In this document: piece by piece, positions 1-11,434 of the stretch
Numbering within the stretch: the first letter of the stretch is position 1
Layout of the letters: every line of letters begins with the position of its first letter
From: Macrostomum lignano
Taxonomy: Eukaryota
Direction: 5' to 3'
DNA length: 64,000 nt
NCBI GenBank assembly: GCA_002269645.1
Contig: NIVC01004039.1
Coordinates: 55,803 to 119,802, forward strand
Translations under genes and position numbers: made by a program
The notes under the pieces: model-generated
What the model was told of the DNA's origin: nothing
The model's database searches: none
Seen by the model: the letters and a program-made list of their open reading frames with translations, nothing else

Positions 1-529
1 GTTTGTTTGGAAATGTTTTAAGAAATAATGAAGATGCTTCAATATTTTTGTATCGTTTTTACTAAAACTTTTTATCTTAACTTTCCAACTAACAGAACTT
101 GTATTTTTGGAATTCCCTTCTTCTTAAAAGAACGATCAACACTTCGAGCGCCGTTAGTAACTAGGCAAAATTGTGACGAGTTTTAATTTAGTAGAACATT
201 TGGTGCCTGTCTAGTCTAAAATCTGTATTCTATGCCTACATTCGTTTTGCTGGGAAAATGTACTAAAATTCTGTGAATAGCTTTCTTTGTATTTTATTAG
301 TGTAATAATAGGCACCATCCAAGTGCTATATATTCGTTCATAATGAATGTTTATCAAAAATTCAAAATTGACGCGTTAATTATTTGTTAAACAAGCCTTC
401 AAGATCTGGGATATATTGCTGAAATTATTATGTACAGTAGCATATATTGTATTGCTGCTTCGCTTGCAGACGCCAAAAAGCTGCAATGAAAAGCCTTCTC
501 AGTGTAATGCTCATAGATAAGCTCATTTT

Positions 530-965
530 GGCGCCTTCTCCTGATTCTTGAGCACCCTCTCCTGATTCTTGAGCACCCTCTCCTGATTCTTGAGCACCCT
601 CTCCTGATTCTTGAGCATCCTCTCCTGATTCTTGAGCACCCTCTCCTGATTCTTGAGCACCCTCTCCTGATTCTTGAGCACCCTCTCCTGATTCTTGAGC
701 ACCCTCTCCTGATTCTTGAGCACCCTCTCCTGATTCTTGAGCACCCTCTCCTGATTCTTGAGCACCTCTCCTGATTCTTGCGCACCCTCTCCTGATCCTC
801 GGGCACCCTCTCCTAATCCTTGAGCACCCTCTCCTGATTCTTGAGCACCCTCTCCTGATCCTCAAGCACCCTCTCCTAATCCTTGAGCACCCTCTCCTGA
901 TTCTTGAGCACCCTCTCCTGATCCTCGGGCACCCTCTCCTAATCCTTGAGCACCCTCTCTTGATT
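530..965. repeat. 21-bp minisatellite (CACCCTCTCCTGATTCTTGAG)n, about 20 copies
   Basis: Direct tandem periodicity; the source of the spurious RIRRGCS / LKNQERV / ESGEGAQ ORFs. Confidence 0.97.
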
Positions 966-1199
966 CTTGGGGTAGACCCCCTGCCACCCTCCCTGATGCT
1001 GGGCGTGGGCCGCCCGTCACCCTTTCCTGACCGAACTTTGACGCTGTGACTTCATCTTGAATTCTCTTGAACCCCTTGATTTTCACCTTTTGTATGTTGA
1101 CAAATTATTAATTATCAAGTAACTTGTAGCATTCAAAATTTTAAGTCTTCTTATCGTTAAATATTGTTCTTTAAATCATTGGCTGTCCTGTTCAACTCT

Positions 1200-3031
1200 T
1201 TAAGTGCCGGTCACCAAGTCAACGAAACAGCGGCGGAGTCGTCGGCTGAACAGCAGGTACCAGAGCGGCACCAGCACCGTGTTGCAGTAGAACATGATGG
1301 TGACTGTCTTGTGCACAGCCAGAAATTGTTGGGAACTCTTTTCGGCTGCCTCGGCCAGTAGGCCGGGCGCGCAGGTGACCAGGTAGGGCAGGGTCGGCAG
1401 CAGAAGCAGCAGGAAAGACACCAGGCTGCGCCGGACCGCCTGTCTCAGGCTCACTTGATCTCGGCGCCGTTTCAGCGCCTCTTGATGACTAAATCGGCGA
1501 CTGCGGCTGATGTCCGTGAACTGAGGCTGTTGTTGTTGTTGTTGCTGCTGCTGCTGAGGCCACTCGGCTGAGGTTGCCAAACTGAGCCTTCGCGAGTCTA
1601 GCGAAGCCAAGCTCGGCTCGGCTGGCAGCTGCAGGAAGCTGTTCAACTGCATCATCGACGCGTCGCCGCCGCCGCCGGAGATGCGCTGGGGCCGGCTTAA
1701 TCTGGCTCGAAAATTGGACTCGCGGTCGACCAAGATGGACACGGACTCCAGTCCGGTCTCGTAGCCAACCCGGACTGGTTGGCTCTCCGGGGACGGCGAT
1801 GTCCTTGCCAACGAGTGCAGAATCGCATAGTAGCCACAGCAAATGTAGGCCACCAGACCCACTACCAGGATGATGAGGAGTGCGTATGAGGCCACTGAGC
1901 CCGCGTTTGTCTCCTTGATCACCTGGTTTTCGTGCTCCAGCCTGTATGGAACGGTTGATTAGCGGTAAAGAGCCGGTAGCTTTGACCTCGAGTCGGCTTG
2001 AACTGCCAAGTCCTCTTTCTAAAGCCAGTTGTTAGCTAATCCATCTAGACCACTCACTGTCCTGTCTGTAGCCCCCCCATCTAGACCACTCACTGCCCTG
2101 TCTGTAAGCCCCCCCCCCCATCTAGACCACTCACTGCCCTGTCTGTGGTCCCATCTAGACCACTCACTGCCCTGTCTGTGGTCCCATCTAGACCACTCAC
2201 TGCCCTGTCTGTAAGCCCCCCATCTAGACCACTCACTGCCCTGTCTGTAAACCCCCTCATCTAGACCACTCACTGCCCTGTCTGTAAGCCCCCCATCTAG
2301 ACCACTCACTGCCCTGTCTGTAGCCCCCCCCCCATCTAGACCAGTCACTGTCCTGTCTGTGGTCCCGTCTAGACCACTCGCTGTCCTGTCTGTAGTCTCA
2401 TCTAGACCACTCACTGCCCTGTCTGTAGCCCCATTTAGAGTCACACTAGAGAGCACTGAACTACCGCAACTTGCAATGGTGAATGGTGCACCAACCCAGA
2501 GAAGGCAGGCACAGTAAGCGGCAGGAATCTATTCTGCCGGCACTCCGACAGCGGCCTGAACTGCAGCAGCACCAGGAGCGAGGACAGCAGCAGCGACAGC
2601 ACCCAGTCCAGCATGAGCAGCTTTCGCACTAACGCCTTCTTCCTGCTCAGCGTCACCTGGAATTGGCCCAGAACCTTGCCGCGGAAGTAGGCAATGCAGC
2701 CGAAGCATATCAGATAGTGAAGCAGGCAGCAGACTATGATAAAACAGCTGAAGGTTTTCAGCACGACCGGCATTAGATTATGACAGGCTCGACGCTCCAG
2801 GCTAACGCGCAGTATGGACAGGCCGATATCCACGCTAAGCAGCAGGTCGATTGCGCAGAAATTCAGCAGCAGACCGTTCGGCGGCGCGTGCAGACAAGGC
2901 GACTTGACAATGGTTAGAATCAGCGCCGAGTTGACTGTCGCTGATAGAACGAATAGCACGGCTAAAACGCTCGTCTCCCCTACTATCATGTCTATTATGT
3001 GGTGTATTCGATCTGCTTGTTCCGATGGCAA
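1200..3031 (-). CDS. Orphan rhodopsin-like (class A) GPCR, 2 coding exons (about 3031-2496 and 1941-1200), about 410-425 aa
   Basis: Exon 1 encodes four hydrophobic helices (TM1 ...ATVNSALIL, TM2 LLLNFCAIDLL). Exon 2 encodes TM5, a long Q-rich ICL3, TM6 (LPTLPYLV) and TM7 (NTVLVPLWY, an NPxxY variant) with helix 8 FSRRLRRCF. A phase-2 junction GG|GTTGGT ... GCTAAT...TACAG|G restores the frame. First in-frame ATG is at 2989; the track start at 3031 is TTG. The donor position is uncertain. Confidence 0.85.
2040..2435. repeat. About 33-38-bp intronic minisatellite (CATCTAGACCACTCACTGCCCTGTCTG core), 11 units
   Basis: Tandem units fill the GPCR intron; nine carry GTGAGT on the gene's strand. Confidence 0.95.
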
Positions 3032-5958
3032 CCTTTGCTGACAGCTGACTAGCTAAAGAGCTCAGTCTGCTAAGATCAGATGCTCAAGCAACGTGGATGG
3101 CAATCTTCGATCCTCTGCAGTTTAAATTGCGCTTCCTTTATGAGCAGTTGCTTCTCCCAATCCTTTTAACTAATCACAATCTGTTGCGCTGTGCGGGCGG
3201 AATTAGTGCCGAGTTCAGTCGCGCAATCAGATGCTGTTTAAACACAATATCAGGAAGCGATGCAAAGTGGCGGCTGTGGTCTCCTAACTCTTGTGCCCAC
3301 GGCCCCAACGCCACTTCGCCTCTTTCAAGACCGTGTTAACGCTCTCGTGAATAGCGATAAGAGAGTTTGACTGCGGCCAACTCTGCATGTGGGCAGCAGG
3401 TCATGCGCGTTTCATCTCCTTCGTACTCGTACGATAAGTGACTTAGCTGTTTTACTATGTTTAGTTAAACACTGTTGCAGAAACAGCATTACAAAACTAT
3501 TCAATATGATCCGATATAGTATACAGTAGCGTATATAGTATTGTACCTACATGATTTACACCGTGTACTATATGATTTGCTGGTAGAGACCCATGCAGAT
3601 ATGATTATTAAGGTCAGCAAATCTTTAAAGAGCATGGTGGTTCCTTAATTTCTTTTAATTCAACAGCATAATGTACGAGTACACAGTATATATGTACATT
3701 TCGACTGTAACCAAATTAGTTCGTCGAGCACTGACGACCACCCCTGACGCAGCGGCTGCTGTCTGAACTTTCTCAAATCATCACGAACCTGTTGAAAAAA
3801 ACATACACTGCTGTCTTGGAGGAAACCCTGTTGATGCACACACTCCATCGCATATTTAAAAAAATGTTTCCAACCCAAGAGAGGACCCGACGACCTTATG
3901 GCCCTGTGAACCAACGCGGCATCGCCCTTAATTATATGTACATGTACCTTGCATGGCCAAGCTGCTCAACACAATCCTTCGAAATGGGCTGCTCCCTGGG
4001 CTTAACCCGCTTCTCAGCCTTCAAATGGCTTCAGACCTGACAGATCATCGACTAACCGTCCTACAGTATACCCACGTACATATATACTGGTACGAGTAGT
4101 CCCCTTGCTCGATCAAGAGCTTGCGAGCCCTAGCTAGCTGCCTCTCAGTGCGATTCTTCGACGAATGCGCCTGTCACTCGTTGGCCACGTCCTCAGACGC
4201 CACAATAGAGGCAAAGCAAACCCTCTCGCTATAAATGGCTCTGCATGACTACCATGCACTGACATCCAGGCCATTGACCCATGTGACTGCCTCTTCTTGC
4301 TCCTCCCAACTCTTCAGAAAGTTGGGTGCGATAGACCGACCCTTCCGTGTCTGAGCAGTGAGCATCTGATCAGCTGATATTATTAATATTATATATTAAT
4401 CAATTGTTAGTTTATGTAGATTATTGACGCCGTATTCTTAAATAAATTTATAAAATTATTCCTAAAACTGTCGTAAAAATACACAGCCTTGACATCTGTT
4501 TAAGTAGTTTTTCTGAAAATTGTTTTACTAAAGATAAGGCTTTGGCTATTTTAAATGTTTATTATTTATTCGAAACGAGTTGCAGCGAGCCTGTCTTATC
4601 CTGCAGAATCGTTCGTTAAATTCACTGTACGCACATTTTTTAACTATTGACATGAAACTTTCCAAAATTATGCTAAAATTATGCCAACATTTTAAAAATG
4701 TTTTGGCTATTAAATTTCATTTGTGGGGGGTTGTAAGTTACAACCATATTAATACAAATATCGATGTAACTTTTATTCATTCATCATTTCAAAGTATCCA
4801 AAAATACCTTTTGAACAAGTATTTAATACATCGACTTATATTGGCCGAACAGGCTTTTTGCCAGAGCCAAACTTACTTACTCTACTACTACTAAAAAAGC
4901 TCACAACATAACATGGAACTTTGTGCAGAAGATTTTGACTTTTGAGTGATGTCTGACTTCAGGTAGCCTCTCAGACTGGAACACACTTGGTCTATATTGC
5001 TTTCTGGCGGAGCTGCTGTTCCTGTAGGCTTGTAAATTAGTTTAATAGCTCATTAAAATGCTCGCAATACCTTTGTTTGGCATTGGGAGAAAGATTCCAT
5101 GCTGTAGGCTAACTCGGCAATGTTGCAATTTGTTCAGATTCAGCAGCTCAGCAGCAGGTACAACCTCAGCAGCTGGGATTATAAATGGTTGTGCAGCTTG
5201 ACGTCCTGCCATGACTTGCAAAATATTTTATATCTTAAGCAATTCTAGGTTGAGAAACCCCTCACTAAAACTTGCCCAAAAGTGTCTATGGCCTTTTAGG
5301 ATGACGTGGCATGACAAGTCAGCATAAATTTAAACCCTCTGTGACACATTGGTGTGTATTCAAAAGTAAAAATAATTATGCGAAACAAACTGCAACATTG
5401 CTGCTAATGCCTATATCATATTGGTATTCACCATCTCACATACTACCTGCATTTAAAAGCAAAAAATGGGCCTACTATGGATTAAATATTTGGTTTTATT
5501 TGTTTTTTTTAAACATTTCATGTGTGCCACTATTAGCCTAGCTATCTAGACCTATGACTAGGCCTATTGCCTATTGCCTATAACACTACAAGTTATGCTA
5601 TTATTATACTATGTATTAAGCCAAGTCCAGTACTAAGTGCTAGGCACAATTCTAATATTCAGATACTATTATTAGCATGTAATACTTTTTTGTTTTAGGT
5701 ATTAGAATATCAAAGCCAATACTTTTTGACAATATAGGAGTTTGTTAGGAACTTTCAAAATAATTTTTAATTTTTTTAATAGTCTAATAGGGCCTAGTCT
5801 AATACTAATATTAATAAAATTTTGTACATTAAAACTATATTGAATAGAATTTTAAAAATTGAACTGGACAAATAATAAAAAGCTATATACTGGCTTTAAT
5901 AATATAATAATATGATAATATACAAAAGGTAAATATCATAATCAATATTATTTATATA

Positions 5959-6226
5959 CTCGGCAACATTGAAAAGTCGCCACTCTATGCGCCAGTGAGC
6001 AATTTCTCTTTGACTTTTCTGAACTAAAAGATACGAGAAAACTGATTGGGGTAGCTTTTATCAGTTCAACCCTAGCACACCGCACTTGCCCAACTTCATT
6101 CCTCAACCCAAGTAGCTAAGTTGCGTCACTTGCAAAGATTTAGAGAATTTACCTGCACTCTCAAAAGTGGCAACAGCTGACCACAGATGAAATCTTCTGT
6201 GATGGCGACTTTTTGATGTTGCTGAG
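5959..6226. mobile_element. MITE, TA-flanked (Tc1/mariner-like), about 270 bp, family copy 1
   Basis: About 25-bp imperfect TIRs: TA-CTCGGCAACATTGAAAAGTCGCCA ... TGGCGACTTTTTGATGTTGCTGAG-TA. A second copy lies at about 11210-11426. Confidence 0.8.
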
Positions 6227-7120
6227 TATATATAGCTTTTTATTATTAGTCTACTTCAATTTCTAAAATTATGTTTAATATAATTTTAGAAAGTAGGTAA
6301 GGCCTATTTGTTATCATTCTAAGAAAGACTAAAAAGCTAAGTCTTATTTAGCAAAGCCTAATATATTGCTATACTTGCTTATTTCTAAACAACAAAATAA
6401 CTTCTTTGAATCATTAATCAAATTTGTAAAAAGTCAAAAAAGTCAAACTAATAAAATATAACTTTTATTTCATTATAATGCTCTTTTTATAACAGGGCAC
6501 CTTAAGTTTTATTTTAGCTGAAATGGCATATTCCAAAGAGTATACTATATATAAACTCATTGTGTTGATACTTGATATTATTTAAGAAGCTTTCTATATG
6601 AATACGAATCTTGCTTAAACTTTTTAAATGATTACCATGTTAGAGTCATAGTATTGATAATTTGAAGTCCTAAATTAAGTTTGTCTTATATAGCTATTTA
6701 TATATTGCTTTATGGTAATATAAGCATGCTAATAATCTCATTAGATTTATTGCTTTATAATACAGTTGTTCATACACAGACCTTTTTACATATAATGGTT
6801 TAAATCTAAAGTAAGTTTAAACATAAGTCTAAAAGAACTTAAACTTGATGAAAGAAACTGAAACTATAGGGCCTAAGGGAAATTGGTATATGTCTTACAA
6901 AATGCAAACTGTCTGTAATTTTTTTATAAGATGCTATAAAATAATACTTACACTTGATCAATTGTGGTGCCATAATTTGCTTTTAACTTCACTGCCACAG
7001 AAGAATTATTTTTGTTTTTTTACTTTGCCATTTTTGAGCCTTCAATTTTTTTAAGCAACAATATCTGAACTTTCTACTTCAAGTAGCGCAAATCCTTGTT
7101 GCCCTCCTGACTAGCACTAG

Positions 7121-9097
7121 TTAGCCGCCGCGCATCGTACAGTTGCACAGTCAGCAGGCGGGTCGCCATGCAGCGCCCGTTCGGCGCGAGTGCCGCCGCC
7201 TCCCCAACCGCCGTCCAGGCGACTGCATCTTCGCCAGCTTCAACCGCGGTGGCTCCCGCCACCTCACCGTCAGCAGCAACATCAGGCGGTTGCGCGCATT
7301 CATCAGCACCCTGCCTCCGCCAACTTGACGACGACCACTCTGCCAGGCAGTCGGGCCGCCGTGTCTGCCGGCAGTCCGACCCGGGTTGCGCCGCAGGGCG
7401 AGGAGAGCCTCCAATCGGGCCTGGCCTCTCTCAGCCCGCCGGCAGAGCCGCGTCCCCAGCCGCCGCTGCTGTCTAAACTGCTGCCGAGGCTTTCCCTCCC
7501 CTGACCCGGCCGAGGACAAAGTGGTGGCCTCCGCTACTCACGTGTTCCTGTCCGAGTCCGTGCCAGTGCAGGGCCGGCGCGGCTCGCAGCAGTTGCCGCC
7601 AAAGAGTCCGAAAAGTCCCCGAAGTCCCCGGCCGCCAAAAGGGGCCGCAGCGGCAGCCGCAGCTCCCTACCAACCTGCCGTTGCTTCTCCTGTGGCTTCG
7701 CCGCAGCAGCAGCAACAGCAGCCGCAGCAGCATCAGCTCCTTGGACCGCCTGCTAGTCCCACTACTGGTCATCAAAGTCTTCAGCATCAGCAGCATCACG
7801 ACCAGCAGCAGCAGCAGCAGCAGCAGCATCACGACCACCAGCAGCAGCAGCAGCAGCATACTTACGCTGTACCCTACGCAGGCCAGTTTCTGCAGCAACA
7901 GCTTCAGCAGCAGCAACAGCAGCAGCTCGGCAGCCGTACCCGCTCCCATCCAAACCTGCTCAACGATTATGTAAACGTTGTGGACGCCTCGCCAGATAAA
8001 CCGCCGCTGCCTCATCAAGGCGGTCAGCCTCCGCTTCCGCCGCCTCTTCATCCGTCTCTCCAGCATCCGCACCATCATCAGCATCATCATCAGCACAATC
8101 AGCATCCGGACTCCTCAGGCGCGGCGCTGCACTCGCTCCGGCTTCAACTGGAGGCTGCGCAGTCGCGTGCCAGCCGAGTGGAGCTGTTGGAACGCGAGCT
8201 GTCCCGCTTGGCTGACGCGCACGAAGCTCTGGTTAAATCGGCCGAGCGGAGCGCCCGTCTCGAGACCGCGGTGCGGCGCCGGCTAGAACGAGAGTGCGCC
8301 CTGCTCAGACAGGAGAATGCTCAACTGAGAGACCGGCTGCTCAGCGCTGCCGAGTTTCATCATCAGCAGCAGCATCATCAGCATCAGCCGGCTACTCAGG
8401 AGACTCTGCAACGATTGGAGGCTGAAAATCTGGCTGTGAGTTTGTTGAGTTTAAATCAATTAGTGTTAAAGAGGCCAATTATCAGTTGGTTAAAGAGGCC
8501 AATTAGCAGTCAGTTAAAGAGGCCACTTATCAGTCAGTTAAAAAGGCCAATTAGCAGTCAGTTAAAGAGGCCAATTAATTATCAGTCAGTTAAAGAGGCC
8601 AATTATCAGTCAGTTAAAAAGGCCAATTAGCAGTCAGTTAAAGAGGCCAATTATCAGTCAGTTAAAGAGGCCAATTAGCAGTCAGTTAAAGAGGCCAATT
8701 ATCAGTCAGTTAAAGAGGCCAATTATCAGTCAGTTAAAGAGGCCAATTATCAGTCAGTTAAAGAGGCCAATTATCAGTCAGTTAAAGAGGCCAATTATCA
8801 GTCAGTTAAAAAGGCCAATTAGCAGTCAGTTAAAGAGGCCAATTATCAGTCAGTTAAAGAGGCCAATTATCAGTCAGTTAAAGAGGCCAATTATCAGTCT
8901 GTTAAACGGGCCAATTAGCAGCTACTTTATTCAGGTATTCAAAAATTTGTATTTATATTCTTAGCATAATAATTGCATTATCACAGGTCTCATTTTAATG
9001 TCTAAACTCCTTAAATCCTTTTTAGCTCAAAGAGCAGCTGCTGAGCTCTCCAGCGCATCAACAGCAGCACAATCCCAACTGCAGTAAACAGAGCTGA
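7121..9097 (+). CDS. Angiomotin-like protein: frame A about 7121-7504, frame B about 7500-8435, terminal exon 9026-9097; 5' end unresolved
   Basis: Coiled coil LRLQLEAAQSRASRVELLERELSRLADAHEALVKSAERSARLETAVRRRLERECALLRQENAQLRDRL aligns by eye with the angiomotin N-terminal coiled coil (AYENLVKSS..REALEKAMRNKLE). The upstream frame has PQGEE, resembling the angiomotin PQGQE motif. Donor GCT|GTGAGT at 8435 and acceptor TTTTTAG|CTC at 9026 give LEAENLALKEQLL...KQS*. Confidence 0.75.
8460..8920. repeat. 24-bp intronic minisatellite (CAGTCAGTTAAAGAGGCCAATTAT)n
   Basis: Starts about 25 bp after the 8435 donor; creates the false LKRPISSQ tail of ORF 7386..8630. Confidence 0.96.
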
Positions 9098-9466
9098 CAT
9101 TCTGACAAAAACGGTCAAGTTGTTCTTGTGAAACATGTAACTTTTAAACTTTTTTTCTGATTCGAAATGATTTTTTACAACGAGCTCGTCTCTTTTAAAA
9201 ATGCAATTTAATTAGCGCAACCTGATGCAAAATCACAAATCGAAATGTTTATATTCTTATTCTAGTTGGCATTAACTGTATAGCATATCTGTTATTCTGT
9301 TAATAATTTTCCAACGGGTTGTACTTGATCATGACGCTCTTCCCTACCTTTGTTTTGTACTGCTTTTGTCTTCCTGTTTTTTATTGCACCTTTGCTGTCG
9401 GCTTCGTGCTCAAGAAAAAATTACTTATTGTGCTTTTTCACTTTTAATAAATATTGCCCCAATAAG

Positions 9467-9822
9467 TCCTCGGATCGGTCCTATAATACTTTGATTGGTC
9501 CTCGGATCGGTCCTATAATACTTTGATAGGTCCTCGGATTGGTCCTATAATACTTTGATTGGTCCTCGGATTGGTCCTATAATACTTTGATTGGTCCTCG
9601 GATTGGTCCTATAATACTTTGATTGGTCCTCGGATTGGTCCTATAATACTTTGATTGGTCCTCGGATTGGTCCTATAATACTTTGATAGGTCCTCGGATC
9701 GGTCCTATAATACTTTGATAGGTCCTCGGATTGGTCCTATAATACTTTGATTGGTCCTCGGATTGGTCCTATAATACTTTGATTGGTCCTCGGATTGGTC
9801 CTATAATACTTTGATACGTCCT
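9467..9822. repeat. 32-bp minisatellite (GGTCCTATAATACTTTGATTGGTCCTCGGATT)n, about 11 copies
   Basis: Direct periodicity. Confidence 0.96.
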
Positions 9823-10589
9823 AGGCTACACAATTTGAAGCAAGTCTTCCTACTGTTTTTAGTGATATTTACACGTGTCACACACTTTAGAAGCGTCTGT
9901 ATTAATCATAGCAACTTTACTAACGATACCTCCTACGAGCGTATTGTGCTTTAATGGATCAGATTAACAGCTATATGTAGCATGTATGCTATGGTAGGTA
10001 AATTAGCTTTATTAATACTCTCCGCCAGGTCAGTATTACTTGTCCCTTGGCTAGACCTCTCCTGCCTTTGTATTTTTAGTGATTTTTCGCAATTTTTACA
10101 GTAAATACTTAGTTGCACTAGCCATTTGTACTATTAGCATGCACCGTACTTTGCTCTTTAACTGACCACTGCTGATGGCTTTTGTCCCCGAGGTCTTGTA
10201 CCTATCTAGTGTCTTTAATTGGCCTAACTTTTTTTCACTGACAGCCTTGACACCCTTTATCTCCACCGCCAGCGTACACTGCTCATCTTTTTATTTGTTT
10301 GTTTAAATTTATTACTTTAATAAAATGAAAATACAGACTTGTCAGAATCTGTAGTTACATTGCTGGTGTCCGATTGAAGCTTTTCCAGTGTAAAAGTTCT
10401 GCTGTGTTGCCAGAATTGCTTAATGTTTAGCGCGCTTATTAACGTGCAGCGTCACTGATGATTGGGGTTCGCATATCCGAGGAGGCAGGGCGTCGCCACC
10501 GGGGGGACATGCCATTGCTTTGTCCTATCCACTCCATCTTGTGACCCGTTATGGAAATCAATAATTTTGCTACAGAGCGACAAAATATA

Positions 10590-11175
10590 GCGCCTGCGGC
10601 ATCAAAATGAGTGTCTGCGGCGCCAAAATGAGTGCCTGCGATGCTAAACTGAGTGTCTGCGGCGCCAAAATGAGTGTCTGCGATGCTAAACTGAGTGTCT
10701 GCGATGCTAAACTGAGTGTCTGAGACGCTAAAATGAGTGTCTGAGACGCTAAAATGAGTGTCTGCGGCGCCAAAATGAGTGTCTGCGATGCTAAACTGAG
10801 TGTCTGCGACGCCAAAATGAGTGTCTGCGATGCTAAACTGAGTGTCTGCGGCGCCAAAATGAGTGTCTGCGATGCTAAACTGAGTGTCTGCGATGCTAAA
10901 CTGAGTGTCTGCGATGCTAAACTGAGTGTCTGAGACGCTAAAATGAGTGTCTGCGACGCCAAAATGAGTGTCTGCGATGCTAAACTGAGTGTCTGCGATG
11001 CTAAACTGAGTGTCTGAGACGCTAAAATGAGTGTCTGCGGCGCCAAAATGAGTCTGAGACGCTAAAATGAGTGTCTGTGGCGCTAAAATGAGTGTCTGCG
11101 ACGCTAAAATGAGTGTCTGCGGCGCCAAAATGAGTGCCTGCGGCGCCAAAATGAGTGCCTGCGGCGCCAAAATAA
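10590..11175. repeat. 21-bp minisatellite (GAGTGTCTGCGATGCTAAACT and variants)
   Basis: Direct periodicity; explains ORFs 10439..11188 and 10570..11046. Confidence 0.96.
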
Positions 11176-11209
11176 GCGCTGACAACACCGATTCTAGAAG
11201 TAATGTATG

Positions 11210-11426
11210 CTCAACAACATTAAAATGTCGCCACCTTTGAGAGTGGGCAGTGAATTCTAGCTCAGTATTGACTTTTGAGTGACGCGACGCAGAGTTGGGC
11301 TGGGTGAGAAGGGATTGTGAAGAGTGGAGGGCTTTTTATTATCAAAATGGTTGGCCAGGTGATAGACGCTGGTCGAAAGACACTGCTCACTGGGGCAAAG
11401 GGTGGCGACTATTCAATGTTGCTGAG
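11210..11426. mobile_element. MITE family copy 2, inverted relative to 5959-6226
   Basis: TIRs CTCAACAACATTAAAATGTCGCCACC ... GGTGGCGACTATTCAATGTTGCTGAG. Subterminal CCAGTGAGCA and CACTCTCAAA motifs are shared with copy 1 in the opposite orientation. Confidence 0.75.
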
Positions 11427-11434
11427 TGTACATG

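Noticed and set aside
399-1086. Repetitive ORFs (RIRRGCS, LKNQERV, ESGEGAQ)
   Set aside because: Translations of a 21-bp minisatellite that is open in several frames.
10439-11188. 249-aa ADTQFSI repeat ORF resembling an antifreeze or pentapeptide protein
   Set aside because: Coincides exactly with a 21-bp array; no unique flanking coding sequence or splice support.
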